DNA of 64,000 nt, from positions 124,001 to 188,000 of the forward strand of contig JAPDFW010000086.1 of NCBI GenBank assembly GCA_028826165.1, written 5' to 3'. This document shows, piece after piece, positions 63,350 to 64,000 of this stretch. Made by a program: the position numbers and the translations under genes. Under the pieces are notes generated by a model. The model was given only the letters and a program-made list of their open reading frames with translations, was not told the origin of the DNA and made no database searches. Position 1 is the first letter of the stretch. Each line of letters begins with the position of its first letter. The DNA is from Anaeramoeba ignava BMAN (Eukaryota > Protista > Anaeramoebae).

Positions 63350-64000
63350 TTCATCAAAAATAAAATTAAAAAGATAATCTTTATTTAAAAATTTTAAATT
63401 ATAAATAATAAATAATTAATTTGGAAATATTTCTTTAATAATAATTTTAAATTGATTTATTTGATTATTTATTATTAAATTCAAATTATTTTAAATAAAT
63501 AAATTTATCTCAAAAATAATCAAAAATAAAATTAAAAAGATCATCTTTATTTAAAAATTTTAAATAATAAATAATAAATATTTAATTTGGAAATATTTCT
63601 TTAATTATAATTTTAAATTGATTTATTTGATTATTTATTATTAAATTATAATTATTTTAAATAAATAAATTTATCTCAAAAATAATCAAAAATAAAATTA
63701 AAAAGATCATCTTTATTTAAAAATTTTAAATAATAAATAATAAATAATTAATTTGGAAATATTTCTTTAATAATAATTTTAAATTGATTTATTTTATTAT
63801 TTATTATTAAATTCTAATTATTTTAAATAAATAAATTTATCTCAAAAATAATCAAAAATAAAATTAAAAGATCATCTTTATTTAAAAATTTTAAATTATA
63901 AATAATAAATAATTAATTTGGAAATATTTCTTTAATTATAATTTTAAATTGATTTATTTGATTATTTATTATTAAATTCAAATTATTTTAAATAAATAAA
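63350..64000. repeat. ~166-bp AT-rich tandem repeat, at least 4 copies, runs off the window
   Basis: TTGGAAAT at 63421, 63587, 63753 and 63918. Confidence 0.9.

Noticed and set aside
1-64000. tRNA, rRNA or other structured RNA genes
   Set aside because: No recognisable GC-rich structured segments by eye. A covariance-model search would be needed to exclude small ncRNAs.

Overview
Extremely AT-rich eukaryotic (protist) genomic DNA with short GT-AG introns and hexamer microsatellites (aaaatt/aaaatc) between genes. The style resembles an anaerobic metamonad such as Anaeramoeba; this is inference only. About 30 genes are present: eight RCC1-BTB paralogues in two clusters, three TLDc genes, a divergent actin, LSm2, MCM10-like, CENP-S, CCDC86, a Kir channel, an ARM-repeat protein, a Yellow/MRJP protein, an FG-GAP/FN3 receptor, an iron-sulfur flavoprotein, an SDR, a PARG-like macrodomain protein and a CBM48-EEP fusion. 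The standout is an ankyrin-repeat kinase (38582..44627) that the ORF track largely misses. I reconstruct it as 34 exons, 21 of them single-codon (3-nt) microexons, placed in pairs at the beta-hairpin (D/N-x-x-G) of every ankyrin repeat. A second 3-nt microexon, in the neighbouring PARG-like gene, completes the catalytic QEE motif. A 929-bp TIR element (Merlin-like MITE) sits in the intron between the first two microexons. All splice models were read by hand and lack transcript support.
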